Positions 19,518-30,250 of a stretch of DNA of 64,000 nt are shown here, one piece after another (the stretch's first letter is position 1; every line of letters starts with the position of its first letter). A model generated the notes under the pieces. It saw only the letters and a list, made by a program, of their open reading frames with translations, ran no database searches and was not told the origin of the DNA. The stretch is from an uncultured Verrucomicrobiae bacterium (GTDB lineage: Bacteria; Verrucomicrobiota; Verrucomicrobiia; Chthoniobacterales; JAFAMB01), in assembly GCA_963837955.1 (NCBI GenBank), contig CAWIPH010000002.1, forward strand, positions 32,001 through 96,000, read 5' to 3'. A program made the translations under genes and the position numbers.

Positions 19518-20633
19518 ATGATACAAGTTTATGAGCCCTGGGTCGGGAGCGAAGAAGCCGAAGCCGTAAAGCAGGCCGTTTTGAACGGAGAGCTTTCCGG
19601 TCTTTTTGGTAAATCAATTCCCTCGTTTGAGGAGCAGTTCTCGAGCCTAGTGGGTTGCCGCCACGGAATATCGGTAACTAGCGGAACTACCGCTTTGCAT
19701 CTGGCTGTGGCTGCCTGTCATTTTTCTCCCGGGGATGAGATTCTGGTTAGCGCGTCTACCAATATTGCGACCGCTCTGGCCATCGTTCATAACAATCTGG
19801 TTCCTGTTCCGGTTGACTCGGAACCTCACTCTTGGAATCTCAACCCGGATCTAATCGAAGGTCTAATTACCTCAAAGACCAGAGCCATCATGCCTGTGCA
19901 TCTTTTTGGCCATCCCGCGCGGATGGATCAGATCCAGGCGATTGCCGCCAAACATAATTTAGTGGTCATCGAGGATTGTGCGGAATCTCATGGGGCCACG
20001 TGGCAAGGCAAAACGACCGGTTCCTGGGGGGACATGGGTTGCTTCAGCTTTCTGGCCAACAAAATCATAACTACGGGAGAAGGCGGTATGATTGTTACCA
20101 ATGACGACTCGCTGGCTGCCGAAATGCGTCTGTTGCGAAACATGGCGTTTAAACATCCGCGGTTTGAGCACGATCGAGCAGGTTTTAATTTTCGCATGAC
20201 CGGATACCAGGCAGCTATGGGGTTGGTACAACTTTCCCGCTTTGACGAGGTTCTCAGGAGAAAGCGACACGTGGCCGACTGGTATGCCGAAAACCTTCGG
20301 GAAATTCCCGGTGTTACCTTACCTGCCGACTGTCAGGAGGGGCGGCACGTCTACTGGGTTTATGGAATTCTTCTCGACCCGAGCCTGGATCGTGAATCGG
20401 TGATGTCGCGACTGGAGCGAGCAGGCGTCGGGACTCGCACCTTTTTCTGTCCGATGAACCTGCAACCTTGTTTTCAACATATTCCAGAGTGCCAATCCGT
20501 TCCGTGTCCAGTTGCGGAAGATCTCTGGCGCCGCGGGTTTTATCTTCCGTCCGGACCGAATCTGACCGAAGCGCAGATAAAAGAAGTTGCCGGCCTTTTA
20601 GGGAAAGCAGTCCAGATTGCTGCCAACGCATGA
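19518..20633 (+). CDS. DegT/DnrJ/EryC1/StrS aminotransferase (perosamine synthase-like)
   Basis: SGTTALHLA, PVHLFG, IEDCAESHG, SFLANKIITTGEGG, GFNFRM, YLPS. Confidence 0.93.
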   Translation: MIQVYEPWVGSEEAEAVKQAVLNGELSGLFGKSIPSFEEQFSSLVGCRHGISVTSGTTALHLAVAACHFSPGDEILVSASTNIATALAIVHNNLVPVPVDSEPHSWNLNPDLIEGLITSKTRAIMPVHLFGHPARMDQIQAIAAKHNLVVIEDCAESHGATWQGKTTGSWGDMGCFSFLANKIITTGEGGMIVTNDDSLAAEMRLLRNMAFKHPRFEHDRAGFNFRMTGYQAAMGLVQLSRFDEVLRRKRHVADWYAENLREIPGVTLPADCQEGRHVYWVYGILLDPSLDRESVMSRLERAGVGTRTFFCPMNLQPCFQHIPECQSVPCPVAEDLWRRGFYLPSGPNLTEAQIKEVAGLLGKAVQIAANA

Positions 20634-21400
20634 GCTATTCCGGCAAGCATGCTGAGTACTACGACCTGCTCTATCGGGACAAACCTTACCGGGAAGAGGC
20701 GGAATATGCACTTGGGCTGATTACCGCGAGCCGTCCCGGAGTTCGCACGATTCTTGATTTGGGATGCGGAACCGGTCTGCGTTGCCTGGAGTTGGCTCGA
20801 CGTGGGTATAAGTTGTGTGGCGTCGATCAAAGTTCAGCCATGCTGGCCGCGGCGCGCCAGCACTTGACCGCTGCTCTGGATATTTCCTCGGCGGACGTAG
20901 AATTTCTGGTCGGAGACATTACTACATTTCGAGCGGCCTCTAGTTACGATGCCGTGATCTCGCTGTTTCACGTATTCTGTTATTTGACGACAGAAGAGGA
21001 ATTGAAACAGGCGATCGACTGTTCCTTTGCCAACCTCAATTCCGGCGGAATCTTCCTTTTCGATTATTGGCACGGCCCGGGGGTGTTGCAGGATCCTCCC
21101 ACCAAGCGAACCAAGGTCGCCGAGAACTCTACTTTGGAGATCATAAGGACTTCGATCCCTCACCATTTGCCCGATCAGCATCTCGTTAAGTTGTCTCTCT
21201 CCCTAAATGTCGCTGAAAGAGATTCCGGGATATCTTATGATACCGAAGAGTCGTATACGTTGCGGTATTGGTTCCCTGATGAGTTGGAACAAGTGCTAGA
21301 GCGCTCCGGCTTCACGGATGTCCAACACTATGCTTGGATGACACAGTCAGCTCCCGGACCCGAAGCGTGGCAGGCCTGTACAATTACAAGAAAGCCATAA
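20630..21400 (+). CDS. Class I SAM-dependent methyltransferase
   Basis: ATG overlaps the DegT stop; YYDLLY, ILDLGCGTG, GVDQS, SLFHV, GGIFLFD. Confidence 0.9.
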   Translation: MSYSGKHAEYYDLLYRDKPYREEAEYALGLITASRPGVRTILDLGCGTGLRCLELARRGYKLCGVDQSSAMLAAARQHLTAALDISSADVEFLVGDITTFRAASSYDAVISLFHVFCYLTTEEELKQAIDCSFANLNSGGIFLFDYWHGPGVLQDPPTKRTKVAENSTLEIIRTSIPHHLPDQHLVKLSLSLNVAERDSGISYDTEESYTLRYWFPDELEQVLERSGFTDVQHYAWMTQSAPGPEAWQACTITRKP

Positions 21401-21483
21401 TGCTGCTGCGTTGACTGATCGGACGTCTTTGGCTACTCAGCTGAAGATGACAATTCCTGCAACCCAACCGATCAAGGAGCCCC

Positions 21484-22161
21484 ATGCGATTTGCCATCTT
21501 CTATAAGGGTCTTTACCGTTGCGCGACCAAGAGCTTTAGGAAGAAGACCGGCGACAGACAAGATACGGAGATTTATTTCAATCCCGCGTTTGCTGAAGTC
21601 CTTGAGACGTGGGCGGTCAAAAATGCATGGCGCGAAATCCAAGTCTTGCTGAGTGATCGCGCCGGGAAAGTATTAGATGTTGCCTGCGGCACGGGCAGGA
21701 CTCACGATTTCCTCAAACGATTCAAGGATCTTGAGTACCACGGTTGCGATATTTCCTCGATGCTGATCGAGCGCGCGATTCAAAGAGGTATTGGTAAGCA
21801 GCGACTTCGTGTCTTGGACGCTACCCAACTCGACTACGCTGACGGCGAGTTTGATTTTCTTTTTTCGATAGGATCTCTCGAACACTTCACCGTTGATGGG
21901 CTGCGTTCGACATTAGCGGAATGCCGCCGCGTCTGTCGGGGAATCAATTTCCATATGATTCCTGTTTCTTTGAGTGGCTTAAACGAGGGATGGATTACGC
22001 CATACCAGAGCTATTGGAATAACAGTCAGCGTTGGTGGGAGCGCCTGTTTGAGGAAACCTTCGGATACAATGTCTGGACAATGTCTTCTAAGTGGCAAGA
22101 TGACCAATCTAAAGGGATCTGGTTCATCTGTGGGGCTGAAGAGTGCTTCACAAACGATTGA
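21484..22161 (+). CDS. Class I SAM-dependent methyltransferase
   Basis: VLDVACGTG, GCDIS, SIGSLEHF. Confidence 0.88.
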   Translation: MRFAIFYKGLYRCATKSFRKKTGDRQDTEIYFNPAFAEVLETWAVKNAWREIQVLLSDRAGKVLDVACGTGRTHDFLKRFKDLEYHGCDISSMLIERAIQRGIGKQRLRVLDATQLDYADGEFDFLFSIGSLEHFTVDGLRSTLAECRRVCRGINFHMIPVSLSGLNEGWITPYQSYWNNSQRWWERLFEETFGYNVWTMSSKWQDDQSKGIWFICGAEECFTND

Positions 22162-22224
22162 TCTGCGCGGTGTCCTCTGACAGCCAGGCGGACGCTGAGA
22201 AGGCTCGTGATCAGAGGAAAGTTG

Positions 22225-22500
22225 TACGCACGAAAGTAGCCGAGAATTCCGATCTCAGAGTTGAAAGGGCCCAGTTCCTCGCCTGCCTGACCAACATGCG
22301 TCTCCCGTGCATGTGATTGAGAAAAGGCCCGCGTATCTTACGATGTCGCAGAGTCTTATACTTTGTGGTACCGGTTTCCGGAAGAGGTTGGAGAAAGTGC
22401 TCAAGAGTTCCGGCTTCAACGATATCCGGCACTATGCTTGGATGACGCATTCAGCCCTCGGACCCGAGGCATGGCAGGTTCGTACGGTTGCGGTAAAGCG
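22225..22500 (+). pseudogene. Decayed duplicate of the 3' third of methyltransferase 20630-21400
   Basis: RTKVAENS...LEKVLKSSGFNDIRHYAWMTHSALGPEAWQV versus RTKVAENS...LEQVLERSGFTDVQHYAWMTQSAPGPEAWQA; several indels. Confidence 0.82.
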
Positions 22501-22504
22501 TCAG

Positions 22505-23260
22505 TCACGCAGAAACTTTTCTACAGATAAATCCCTCAAATGATACGTCAGCACCGGGAAGGGCATAGTCGTCAAGAGCCGGGAACTCACCAAGGACTTT
22601 ATACCCCGACTCGGAAATCCATTTTAGAAACTTGGTCTTACTCAAGAACCACGCCGGAATACTAGCTTTATAGATCCAGCCAGGGACATGCTGAATTGTT
22701 AGTCTGTCTGAGTCCGCCATAATGAAGGCGGTTCGGTCTACAAAGATGTACAGGCTCCCGAGCCGTCGAAGAGTCTGTAACGTGTCCCAAGGTTTCGGCA
22801 AATATTGGAGAACACCCGAGAGGATAACCACGTTGGGTTGATAATTCTTAACGCAGTCCTCAATCGTCTCGAAAAAGTGCAGTTCGTTTGACGCGACGTG
22901 CCTTCGACCCGCTGCAACAAAGTGCGGCTGCTCTATCGTGGACCAATTGAGATCCGAGACAGCTTCCAGAAGACCACGGCTGTCGAAGTAGCTGGAACCC
23001 AATGATCCACCGAAATCCAAAACATCCAGCCGGTTCCCATCCTGGAGAGCGGCATTGAGTAAGGTGGTGATCAAAGGGAAGTTGTACGGAATCTGGTCGA
23101 GAAGAACTCCCTCCCGCTGCGCCGCCGCCTTCCCGCTTTTCACGGCTAGAGTAGCGGACACCACTGTCTCGAGAATCTCTTTCTGGTTATAGCCAGTAGC
23201 GTGGCGAGCAGCCTCGGCCCAGTTTTCGTAGTCGCCAGAAAAATAGATCTGATCAGTCAT
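22505..23260 (-). CDS. Putative methyltransferase (TIGR04325-like)
   Basis: FSGDYENW...GY, VLDFGGSLGSSY, SGVLQYL, DRT, QHVP...Y..SIPAWF. Confidence 0.85.
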   Translation of the reverse strand: MTDQIYFSGDYENWAEAARHATGYNQKEILETVVSATLAVKSGKAAAQREGVLLDQIPYNFPLITTLLNAALQDGNRLDVLDFGGSLGSSYFDSRGLLEAVSDLNWSTIEQPHFVAAGRRHVASNELHFFETIEDCVKNYQPNVVILSGVLQYLPKPWDTLQTLRRLGSLYIFVDRTAFIMADSDRLTIQHVPGWIYKASIPAWFLSKTKFLKWISESGYKVLGEFPALDDYALPGADVSFEGFICRKVSA

Positions 23261-23451
23261 GTTTTTCCTGATCTGCGCGGCCAACGCGAGTATCTACTGA
23301 TTTCAGGTTCAGTCAACTCGTTGGGGCAGCTGGAACGCAGACGTGAGGAATCCGCGGCTCGAAACGGGTTGGAAGTTTCGAACCCCCTCAGGTTAGATCG
23401 TTCGATCAGTAAAATACTTGACGGAGAATTCAAATCCTGTTTGATCCCGCC

Positions 23452-24384
23452 ATGTCCTCTAACAACCAGATGGACGTTCTTTACTCTGTTCAATACCAAC
23501 TCGATGTCCTGACAGACCAAGTCGACCGGGCGAAGATACTGGCTGCGCAACCGATATTGCGTGAGTTCCGAAATTTGAGATCCCCTATTCCGCTCGCCGA
23601 AGCGGAGTTCCGGGTATTCTCCCAATTTGGAGATGATGGTATCCTCCAGTACGTTGTAACCAGACTTGACTTGCCCAAAGCTGAGCGTCGGTTCATCGAA
23701 TTTGGAGTGGAGGATTATCGAGAATCCAACACTCGGTTTCTGTTACTTAACAATAATTGGAGCGGGCTGGTGATGGATGGTAGCGAGGATCACATTACGT
23801 CTATTCGGCGTAATCAGATCTACTGGAGGTATGATCTTACTGCTTTGGCGCACTTCGTCACCCGCGAGAACATTAACTCGATTTTCGAGGAGGCCGAGTT
23901 TTCGGGCCCGATTGGAATCCTGAGCATCGATGTTGACGGTAACGACTACTGGATCTGGGAAGCCATCAGTACGGTAGATCCCGCCGTCGTCATTGTTGAA
24001 TATAACGGGATCTTTGGGAGCCGCGAGGCAGTGACGATTCCATATCAGGCGGATTTTCTTCGGCAAAATGCTCATTACTCCTTCCTATACTGGGGAACAT
24101 CGCTTCAGGCGCTCTGTCATCTCGCTGCCCAAAAAGGGTACGTCTGGATCGGTTGCAATAACGCAGGAAACAACGCCTACTTCGTGCGAAAGGAGCATGC
24201 TCGCGCATTTCATCAGCCAACTTTGCCGGAGGATTTCGTTGCTGCAAAATTCAGGGAAGGAAGAGACAAAGAGGGCAATCTTAGCTACGTCGGGCAAGAA
24301 AAGGGGTTTGCCCTGATTAAGGATCTTCCTGTCTGGGATGTGGTCAGGAATGAGACACGTGTCGTTGGTGATCTCGTGCGATAG
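23452..24384 (+). CDS. Conserved methyltransferase-fold protein of glycan loci
   Basis: EFRVFSQFGDDGIL, FIEFGV, ESNTRFL, LSIDVDGNDYW, VEYN, GNNAYFV. Confidence 0.75.
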   Translation: MSSNNQMDVLYSVQYQLDVLTDQVDRAKILAAQPILREFRNLRSPIPLAEAEFRVFSQFGDDGILQYVVTRLDLPKAERRFIEFGVEDYRESNTRFLLLNNNWSGLVMDGSEDHITSIRRNQIYWRYDLTALAHFVTRENINSIFEEAEFSGPIGILSIDVDGNDYWIWEAISTVDPAVVIVEYNGIFGSREAVTIPYQADFLRQNAHYSFLYWGTSLQALCHLAAQKGYVWIGCNNAGNNAYFVRKEHARAFHQPTLPEDFVAAKFREGRDKEGNLSYVGQEKGFALIKDLPVWDVVRNETRVVGDLVR

Positions 24385-24412
24385 GATGGATTGGAACTGC
24401 GAAATTCCTTCT

Positions 24413-25588
24413 ATGAAAATCGGCATCGTCATTTTGAAGGATGATCCCCAAATTGGTGGGGGACTTACTTTTGTTCAGGAAATTCTCGATGCATTCAGTC
24501 GCCACCTTTCAACATCCCCTCACACTTTTCACTTAGTGGGCGGTGAGCCGGCGAAGCCTGCGCATTTGGCTCATATACCTTTGCCCTGGATAACGTTGCG
24601 CTGGGTAAACATCCAGACGTTACGCGAAAATGGTGTTACGTATGACTTCGATTCTTACCCGGAGATCGCAGAGGAAAATTTCGATCTACTTTACTATCTC
24701 CATCCCTGGTCCTGTCCGATCAAGGATATCCCCTACATCCATACTGTATGGGACCTGCAACATCGCCGTCAGCCATTCTTCCCGGAAGTAACGTTGGGCG
24801 GGGAGTTTGACCGGCGGGAGGAGATGTATCGACGGTCACTGCAACGCGCGACGTACATAATCGCTGCGAACAATGTTGGTAGGGAAGAGATCGTGGCGTT
24901 TTACCAGGTAGCGCCTGAGAGGGTGCGCGCCATCCACCATCCAACTCCAGCATTTGCGCTAGAGGCGGCGGCTCATCCAGATGAAGAGGAGGTATTCGGA
25001 CGCTTGGGCATCAAAGGCGACTATCTCCTTTACCCGGCACAGATGTGGCCGCACAAGAACCACGTCTTACTCCTGCTGATGCTAAACGACCTGCGGGCTC
25101 GGTATGGATATGAATTGCAACTGGTTTTCACTGGGTCAAACCGTGGTAACCAGGAGTTCCTCAAGCGCAGGGCTCGAGAGTTGGCGGTGGAAGATCAGGT
25201 GATCTTCGCAGGTTTCGTCACGCAAGCGGAATTGGTTCCTATTTATCAACGAGCCGTTGCCATGGTATTCCCGAGTCTATTCGGTCCAGAGAATTTTCCA
25301 CCATTGGAGGCTTTCGCGCTGGGTTGTCCCGTTATTGCTGGGAGGGTGCCGGGAGCGGAGGACCAAATGGGAGATGCGGCTATCCTGGTAGATCCGACTA
25401 AGCCCGAACTCTGGAGTGATGCCGTGCAGCGACTGCGCCAGGACCTCAAACTGAGGCGGTCCTTGGTCAGTAAAGGGAAAGAGCGAGCATTGAGGTTCAC
25501 GTCAGATGATTTTATCAAAGAGGTTTTCAGTTTGATAGACGAGTTCGCCACCTATCGGCGGACCTGGCCTTCCTCGGATGACGCTTAG
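24413..25588 (+). CDS. Glycosyltransferase family 4
   Basis: WDLQH, YPAQMWPHKNH, FPSLFGPENFPPLEA. Confidence 0.9.
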   Translation: MKIGIVILKDDPQIGGGLTFVQEILDAFSRHLSTSPHTFHLVGGEPAKPAHLAHIPLPWITLRWVNIQTLRENGVTYDFDSYPEIAEENFDLLYYLHPWSCPIKDIPYIHTVWDLQHRRQPFFPEVTLGGEFDRREEMYRRSLQRATYIIAANNVGREEIVAFYQVAPERVRAIHHPTPAFALEAAAHPDEEEVFGRLGIKGDYLLYPAQMWPHKNHVLLLLMLNDLRARYGYELQLVFTGSNRGNQEFLKRRARELAVEDQVIFAGFVTQAELVPIYQRAVAMVFPSLFGPENFPPLEAFALGCPVIAGRVPGAEDQMGDAAILVDPTKPELWSDAVQRLRQDLKLRRSLVSKGKERALRFTSDDFIKEVFSLIDEFATYRRTWPSSDDA

Positions 25589-25686
25589 CCTGCGGGCAAC
25601 CGTGAGAGGCGCCGGGGTGTAAATGCTTGTGCGCAAGAAGGGCTCGGATCTAGAATAAAGAGTTTAAATCCACGCGACTAAGAGCC

Positions 25687-27091
25687 ATGGAGATACTTTC
25701 TAGAATCGCTAAGTTACCCGCCGCTCAGAAGCTTGGTGAATTGATCGACCGCTTTGTCGCGCACTTCCTGCGCCGAATCGACGATCGGTTGCGCCGAATC
25801 GATGATCGGCTGAATCGAATCGATGATCGGCTGCGGCCAATTGACGATCGACAGGATGCGGTAGAAAGGCTGGTCGTTTCGACTTTGTTGCCGCCCAAAG
25901 AGGCAGGTTATGACGTCATAGTGACTGCGAGCGAGGTGAGTGAGAAGCACGGTGCGGGTCTCTTGTTACGTCGAGCCTTCGATACTTGTCCTCAGATTCT
26001 CTCGGTTCGTAGCGCTGATGATTTCAAGGGTGAAAAATCATTCGGAGAGGAAAGCTTCCTGGTGTCTCACGGGTGGTCATCTCGTCCGAATTGGTTCGCC
26101 CATACGCTTCAACAATTGAGAGGAAGAGTGGCGCGTCGGGTGATTTGTGTACCCTATCAGCTGGATGAGTTAAAAACCGCGATCACCCTGAAAGAAATCT
26201 ATGGAGCTCCTATTTGTCTCTGGTTGATGGATGATAAGAGCGTCACGAATCATCAGATTCCATACGAGCTGATGAGAGAGTTTCTGGGAAAGTGTTCGTT
26301 GCGGTTGACGACCCACGCCGAGCTGCGAGACGCGTATGAACGCGCATTTGGGTTCAAATTCTACCTTTTTCCGGCTGTGGTCTCCGAAAACTTGATCGTG
26401 AAAGAAATCAGAACTCCGCGAGGGGAATTTATGGCGGAAAAGAGAGGGGCGATCTTTGGGAGCATTTCGAGCCGGAAATTGGCAGATAAGCTCATGCAGA
26501 CGATCAAGGTGTCGGGACTGCAGTGTGACTGGTTCGAGAACAATCACCTGCCGAGCTTTGAATTGAGCGATAGTGAGTTGACGGAAGCAGGGGTCACTCG
26601 CCAAGGCATTATTCCGGAGGAAGAGCTTCCCGGCCTGCTCGGACGGTATCCTTACCTTATTGTGCCCACAGGGGACTTGGATCCCGATGATCCGGAAACG
26701 CCCTTGGCTCGGTTGAACTTGCCGGGTCGGATCCTTTTTGCGATGGCGACCTCAAACACACCTTTCATTGTGCTGGGGCACCCGGATACGCCCGCTGCTC
26801 GCTTCGTTAGAGCATTTTCAAGTCGGCTTGCGGTCAGACTATGAGCCCGACGGTTTTTCCGCTGCGGTCCGGAGCATTGTCGAAGAGAAGACTCAATATG
26901 AGATGCGATCGAATGCGGTTGGCGTTGCGCCACTCCTTAGCAGCAAGGGCGCCAGCGACTGGGTCTTCCGTTCCCTGGAAATGGGCAAGGCTTGCGACGA
27001 TCGCTTCGAGCGACTAATGCCTTCAGTGGTTGGGGATAAATATTTTTCCCCGTCGATTGAAGGCTATTTTTCGCCGGCGATCGGTGGATGA
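25687..27091 (+). pseudogene. GT-B-like paralogue with N-terminal heptad repeats; 1-nt frameshift near 26809
   Basis: EVSEKHGAGLLL, WLMDD, LNLPGRI; the C-terminus (SDWVFRSLEMGKACDDRFERLM) lies in ORF 26738-27091. Confidence 0.75.
25768..25851 (+). repeat. Four 21-bp coding tandem repeats (LRRIDDR heptads)
   Basis: CTGCGCCGAATCGACGATCGG and three variants. Confidence 0.9.
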
Positions 27092-27212
27092 CTAATTGTA
27101 ATGGACAATTTTTCATAGCGTGGCCCTTGGATTTCCCAAAGAGGTGGGTTGAATTGTCTTCCCTGTGAAAAGGCACTTCGCCAATTCGTCGAATGTCATT
27201 AGAGTCGCCAGA

Positions 27213-28175
27213 ATGAGCTTGATTCCTAAACTGGACGTTCGCCGCTCGCAGAACATTAGGCCTGAATTCAGAGCAGCGATGGACTCCTGGCTAACCGAGG
27301 AAATCGGGAAGCGAAAATGGTATCATCGCATGGATCTCGGGAATGGAGTTACAACGCCGGGTTTTCCTTGGGAGTGGCTATGGGAAACGACTCGGGAAGC
27401 GAGAAGGACTATTGACTACAAAAACAAGACAGTCCTTGATTTGGCTTCATGGGACGGTATGTGGGCGTTCGAGGCCGAAATGCTAGGCGCAGCCTTTGTG
27501 GTCGCCACTGATTGTATGAACACCTGGCAAATGCCGTGGCACCAAGGAATGAACAATCTATTGCTCGTTCGTGAGGCCATCTTTAGCGAAGTAGTACCGC
27601 TTTTTAACGTGGCTCCGTACGTTCTGCGGGATAGACTGAACAACGTCCTTTATTCACATCCTTTGTTGAAGGATGGATTCGACGTTGTCCAACATCTTGG
27701 GTTGCTCTATCACCAAAGAGATCCATTCTTTTCCCTCGCTCAAGCGCGATCGGTTTTGAAAGAAGGAGGAACGCTTCTCCTCGAAACGGCGGTCAGTCCG
27801 GGCGATTCGATGACTATGCAGCTCAATGCCGGATCGGGCGCATTTTATGAAGATTTTACGACGTGGTGGGCGCCTACCTTGCCGTGTTTGAGGGAGATGT
27901 TGCGTTTGTCGTTTCTTGAGTTGGAAGAAGCCAGTGTGGTTCAGGCCGGTTCCTCAGAGGCGGTCTTTAGGGCGGCTCTGCGAGCCAAATCGGTGAAGCC
28001 TACGAATGCCCTGGGTGAGCGCTATAACCTCGACCCTTCCTATGGGCATGGCTTCGGTGATCATCTCATTGGAGAACTCCCGTCAAACGATGAAGCGGCT
28101 TTATTGGCATTCTACGAAGCAAAGCGTAGAAAGACTGATTTCGAGGAGAGAAACAGAGACGGTAACCAGACTTAG
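27213..28175 (+). CDS. SAM-dependent methyltransferase (DUF1698/CmoB-like fold)
   Basis: WYHRMDLGNGVTTPG, VLDLASWDG, FDVV.HLGLLYH.RDP, WWAPT. Confidence 0.8.
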   Translation: MSLIPKLDVRRSQNIRPEFRAAMDSWLTEEIGKRKWYHRMDLGNGVTTPGFPWEWLWETTREARRTIDYKNKTVLDLASWDGMWAFEAEMLGAAFVVATDCMNTWQMPWHQGMNNLLLVREAIFSEVVPLFNVAPYVLRDRLNNVLYSHPLLKDGFDVVQHLGLLYHQRDPFFSLAQARSVLKEGGTLLLETAVSPGDSMTMQLNAGSGAFYEDFTTWWAPTLPCLREMLRLSFLELEEASVVQAGSSEAVFRAALRAKSVKPTNALGERYNLDPSYGHGFGDHLIGELPSNDEAALLAFYEAKRRKTDFEERNRDGNQT

Positions 28176-28610
28176 GTTGATCTGGTGGCAAATTGACCGA
28201 TAGACCAATCGAAGTTAGCGATTGAATAGACGGCCCTCCAGACGAGATCGATGACCTCAAATGCCCACTACCCCCTTAATGGGCAAGGTCAGAAGTGCGC
28301 TGGGTTTCGTTTCTTAGCACCTCTCCACTAGTTCCTCTAGAAGAGGGAAGCCATCTCGGTGTCCGGCAAACACCCCACGAAGCCCCTCGATCGCGCCTTG
28401 AGCTTCACGACGAATAGCCAACGGTCTGCCACTCCAAAAACGGGGCTAGAAGACAGGAAGCGGAACAACTAAATATCCTGCATTCCCGCCCCGTCCCATA
28501 TTGAACATCTCATTTTTCAGGCGAAGCAATCATTCGGGCCGCGCTCAACGGATGTTTTGAAAGTATTTGCATTTCGAGCTGCCGCGATCTTCTCTCGGTA
28601 CAGTTTCCTT

Positions 28611-30125
28611 ATGTCCCGAAAAGTAACTCTTTTGCTTGTTTTGGCTTTTGCATTTCTTGCCACGCTTCAGTGGCTGCCTTTGCTGCAGGCAAAGTGGTCC
28701 ATTCGGAACGACCACGCGTTTATCCAGTTAATGAGTGCTTCCGGAAGAATATCAATGAGTGATTTCTGGCAGCAGCTCAACCCTCCTGATCAGGCCCTTG
28801 GCGGATTAGTAAACCGCCCGATTTACTTCATCGTGCATGATGTTTGGATGCTGGTGATTGGGAAAAACCTCATCCCGTGGCAAAGCGCGAAAGTTCTAAC
28901 GTTTGGAGCTGAAATCGGTCTCTTTTTTTTATTCTTTGTGCTTTCGACGGATCTCACAGCAGCCGTAATACTCGGCTGCTTTGTCGCTTTCCAACCGGAT
29001 TGGGGAGATATTGTGGCGCTTGCTAACTCCGAACTGTTTGCACTCTTCGGTCTTGTTTTGTATGCGATCGGCAATCTTGGTTTTCTGCAAAACCGCGGTG
29101 CAAGCTCCCGGCAGCAAAGCCAGCCGAAAAATCTTACCAACTATCTCTTGGTCGCTATTGGGGGAATCGTCGCCGTCGCTTCGAAGGAGAATTTCTGTTT
29201 CACGATCCTCTTTACTTCCGTTTGCTTCCTCGCCTTCTCAATCGTCGTATCGAGGAAGTTTGAATTAGCCTGGGCTCAACTTGTTCCTATAGGTACGGCC
29301 ATGGTTTTTTGTGGTCTGATCATCCATGGAATCCGAGAGAATGCGGGCCAGGCTCTTTACGGCCAGACCTTCGACCTTTTCGCAATTTGTACTACTGCCT
29401 GCGCGCGATTCGTAACGGGTGGTGCGTCGGGCTGGGTGCCGGCAATTCTTTTTGCTGGTTACTCTATTTGGTTTCTAAAGGATCCTAATCGGGAGCGGTT
29501 ATCAGCAGCTCTTTTTGAGCTTCTCCTCCTGGGAGTCGTGTTACTAAATTTTGGCTTTTACACCGGTGTTCCACTGACTGGACGTTACCTCTTCCCTGAG
29601 AACTTAGTTCCGGCTTTTGCTATTCTCCCGGTGCTGCAGGAAGTACGACGGCGGTGCACCCGCATCCAGAAGATCTTATCCTATTGTCTGTTGTGGGTCT
29701 TTGTTGTTCCCACTAGCATCGCTGGTTTCAAAGCGAACATGCAATGGGCGACCAATTACCGGGACGAGACAAAGCGCTTCGATAGAAAACTGAAAAAGGT
29801 CGTTGCTGTCGTGTCCAAAGAGCCCGGAAAACCACTTCTCTTCGACAGCTATTCGATTGGCGACGTCGAACCGCTCGCTTCCGTGGACATTTATCTGACC
29901 TCCTACGGCGTTCAGAATCCGAGGTTCGCTCGACTTAATTATTCAGAGGATCAGTTTCAGGATCCACACCAAAAATTCTTGGTCCGCTATACGGAAAGTC
30001 AGATTGGTCCAAGCGCCACTTTCAGACCATTTCCAGAAATTGGGACGAAGGATTTTTTTAGAATTAGCTTTTCGTCTCCTAAAGATGAGGCAGATGTGAT
30101 CGCCAATTTTTACGGCCAAGAATAG
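28611..30125 (+). CDS. Polytopic membrane protein, GT-C-like
   Basis: About 10-12 TM segments; NDH after TM1, NRP, SKEN, RYLFP; soluble C-terminal domain. Confidence 0.6.
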   Translation: MSRKVTLLLVLAFAFLATLQWLPLLQAKWSIRNDHAFIQLMSASGRISMSDFWQQLNPPDQALGGLVNRPIYFIVHDVWMLVIGKNLIPWQSAKVLTFGAEIGLFFLFFVLSTDLTAAVILGCFVAFQPDWGDIVALANSELFALFGLVLYAIGNLGFLQNRGASSRQQSQPKNLTNYLLVAIGGIVAVASKENFCFTILFTSVCFLAFSIVVSRKFELAWAQLVPIGTAMVFCGLIIHGIRENAGQALYGQTFDLFAICTTACARFVTGGASGWVPAILFAGYSIWFLKDPNRERLSAALFELLLLGVVLLNFGFYTGVPLTGRYLFPENLVPAFAILPVLQEVRRRCTRIQKILSYCLLWVFVVPTSIAGFKANMQWATNYRDETKRFDRKLKKVVAVVSKEPGKPLLFDSYSIGDVEPLASVDIYLTSYGVQNPRFARLNYSEDQFQDPHQKFLVRYTESQIGPSATFRPFPEIGTKDFFRISFSSPKDEADVIANFYGQE

Positions 30126-30250
30126 GACGGCGCCCACGATTCTCCTCGGGCCTTTTCCTTAGATGACTGAACCATCTCAGATTTTGGGATTCACCGGAAC
30201 GGCTTTTGCATTCTGGATTGAGGAATGCTCATATCAAGGTTTGCGATTAT

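Noticed and set aside
27213..28175. tRNA mo5U34 methyltransferase CmoB
   Set aside because: Only fold-level resemblance; the glycan context and no adjacent cmoA argue against it, so no symbol is given.
28176..28600. Long intergenic stretch as possible ncRNA or gene relic
   Set aside because: No recognisable RNA motif, repeat or convincing protein similarity by eye.
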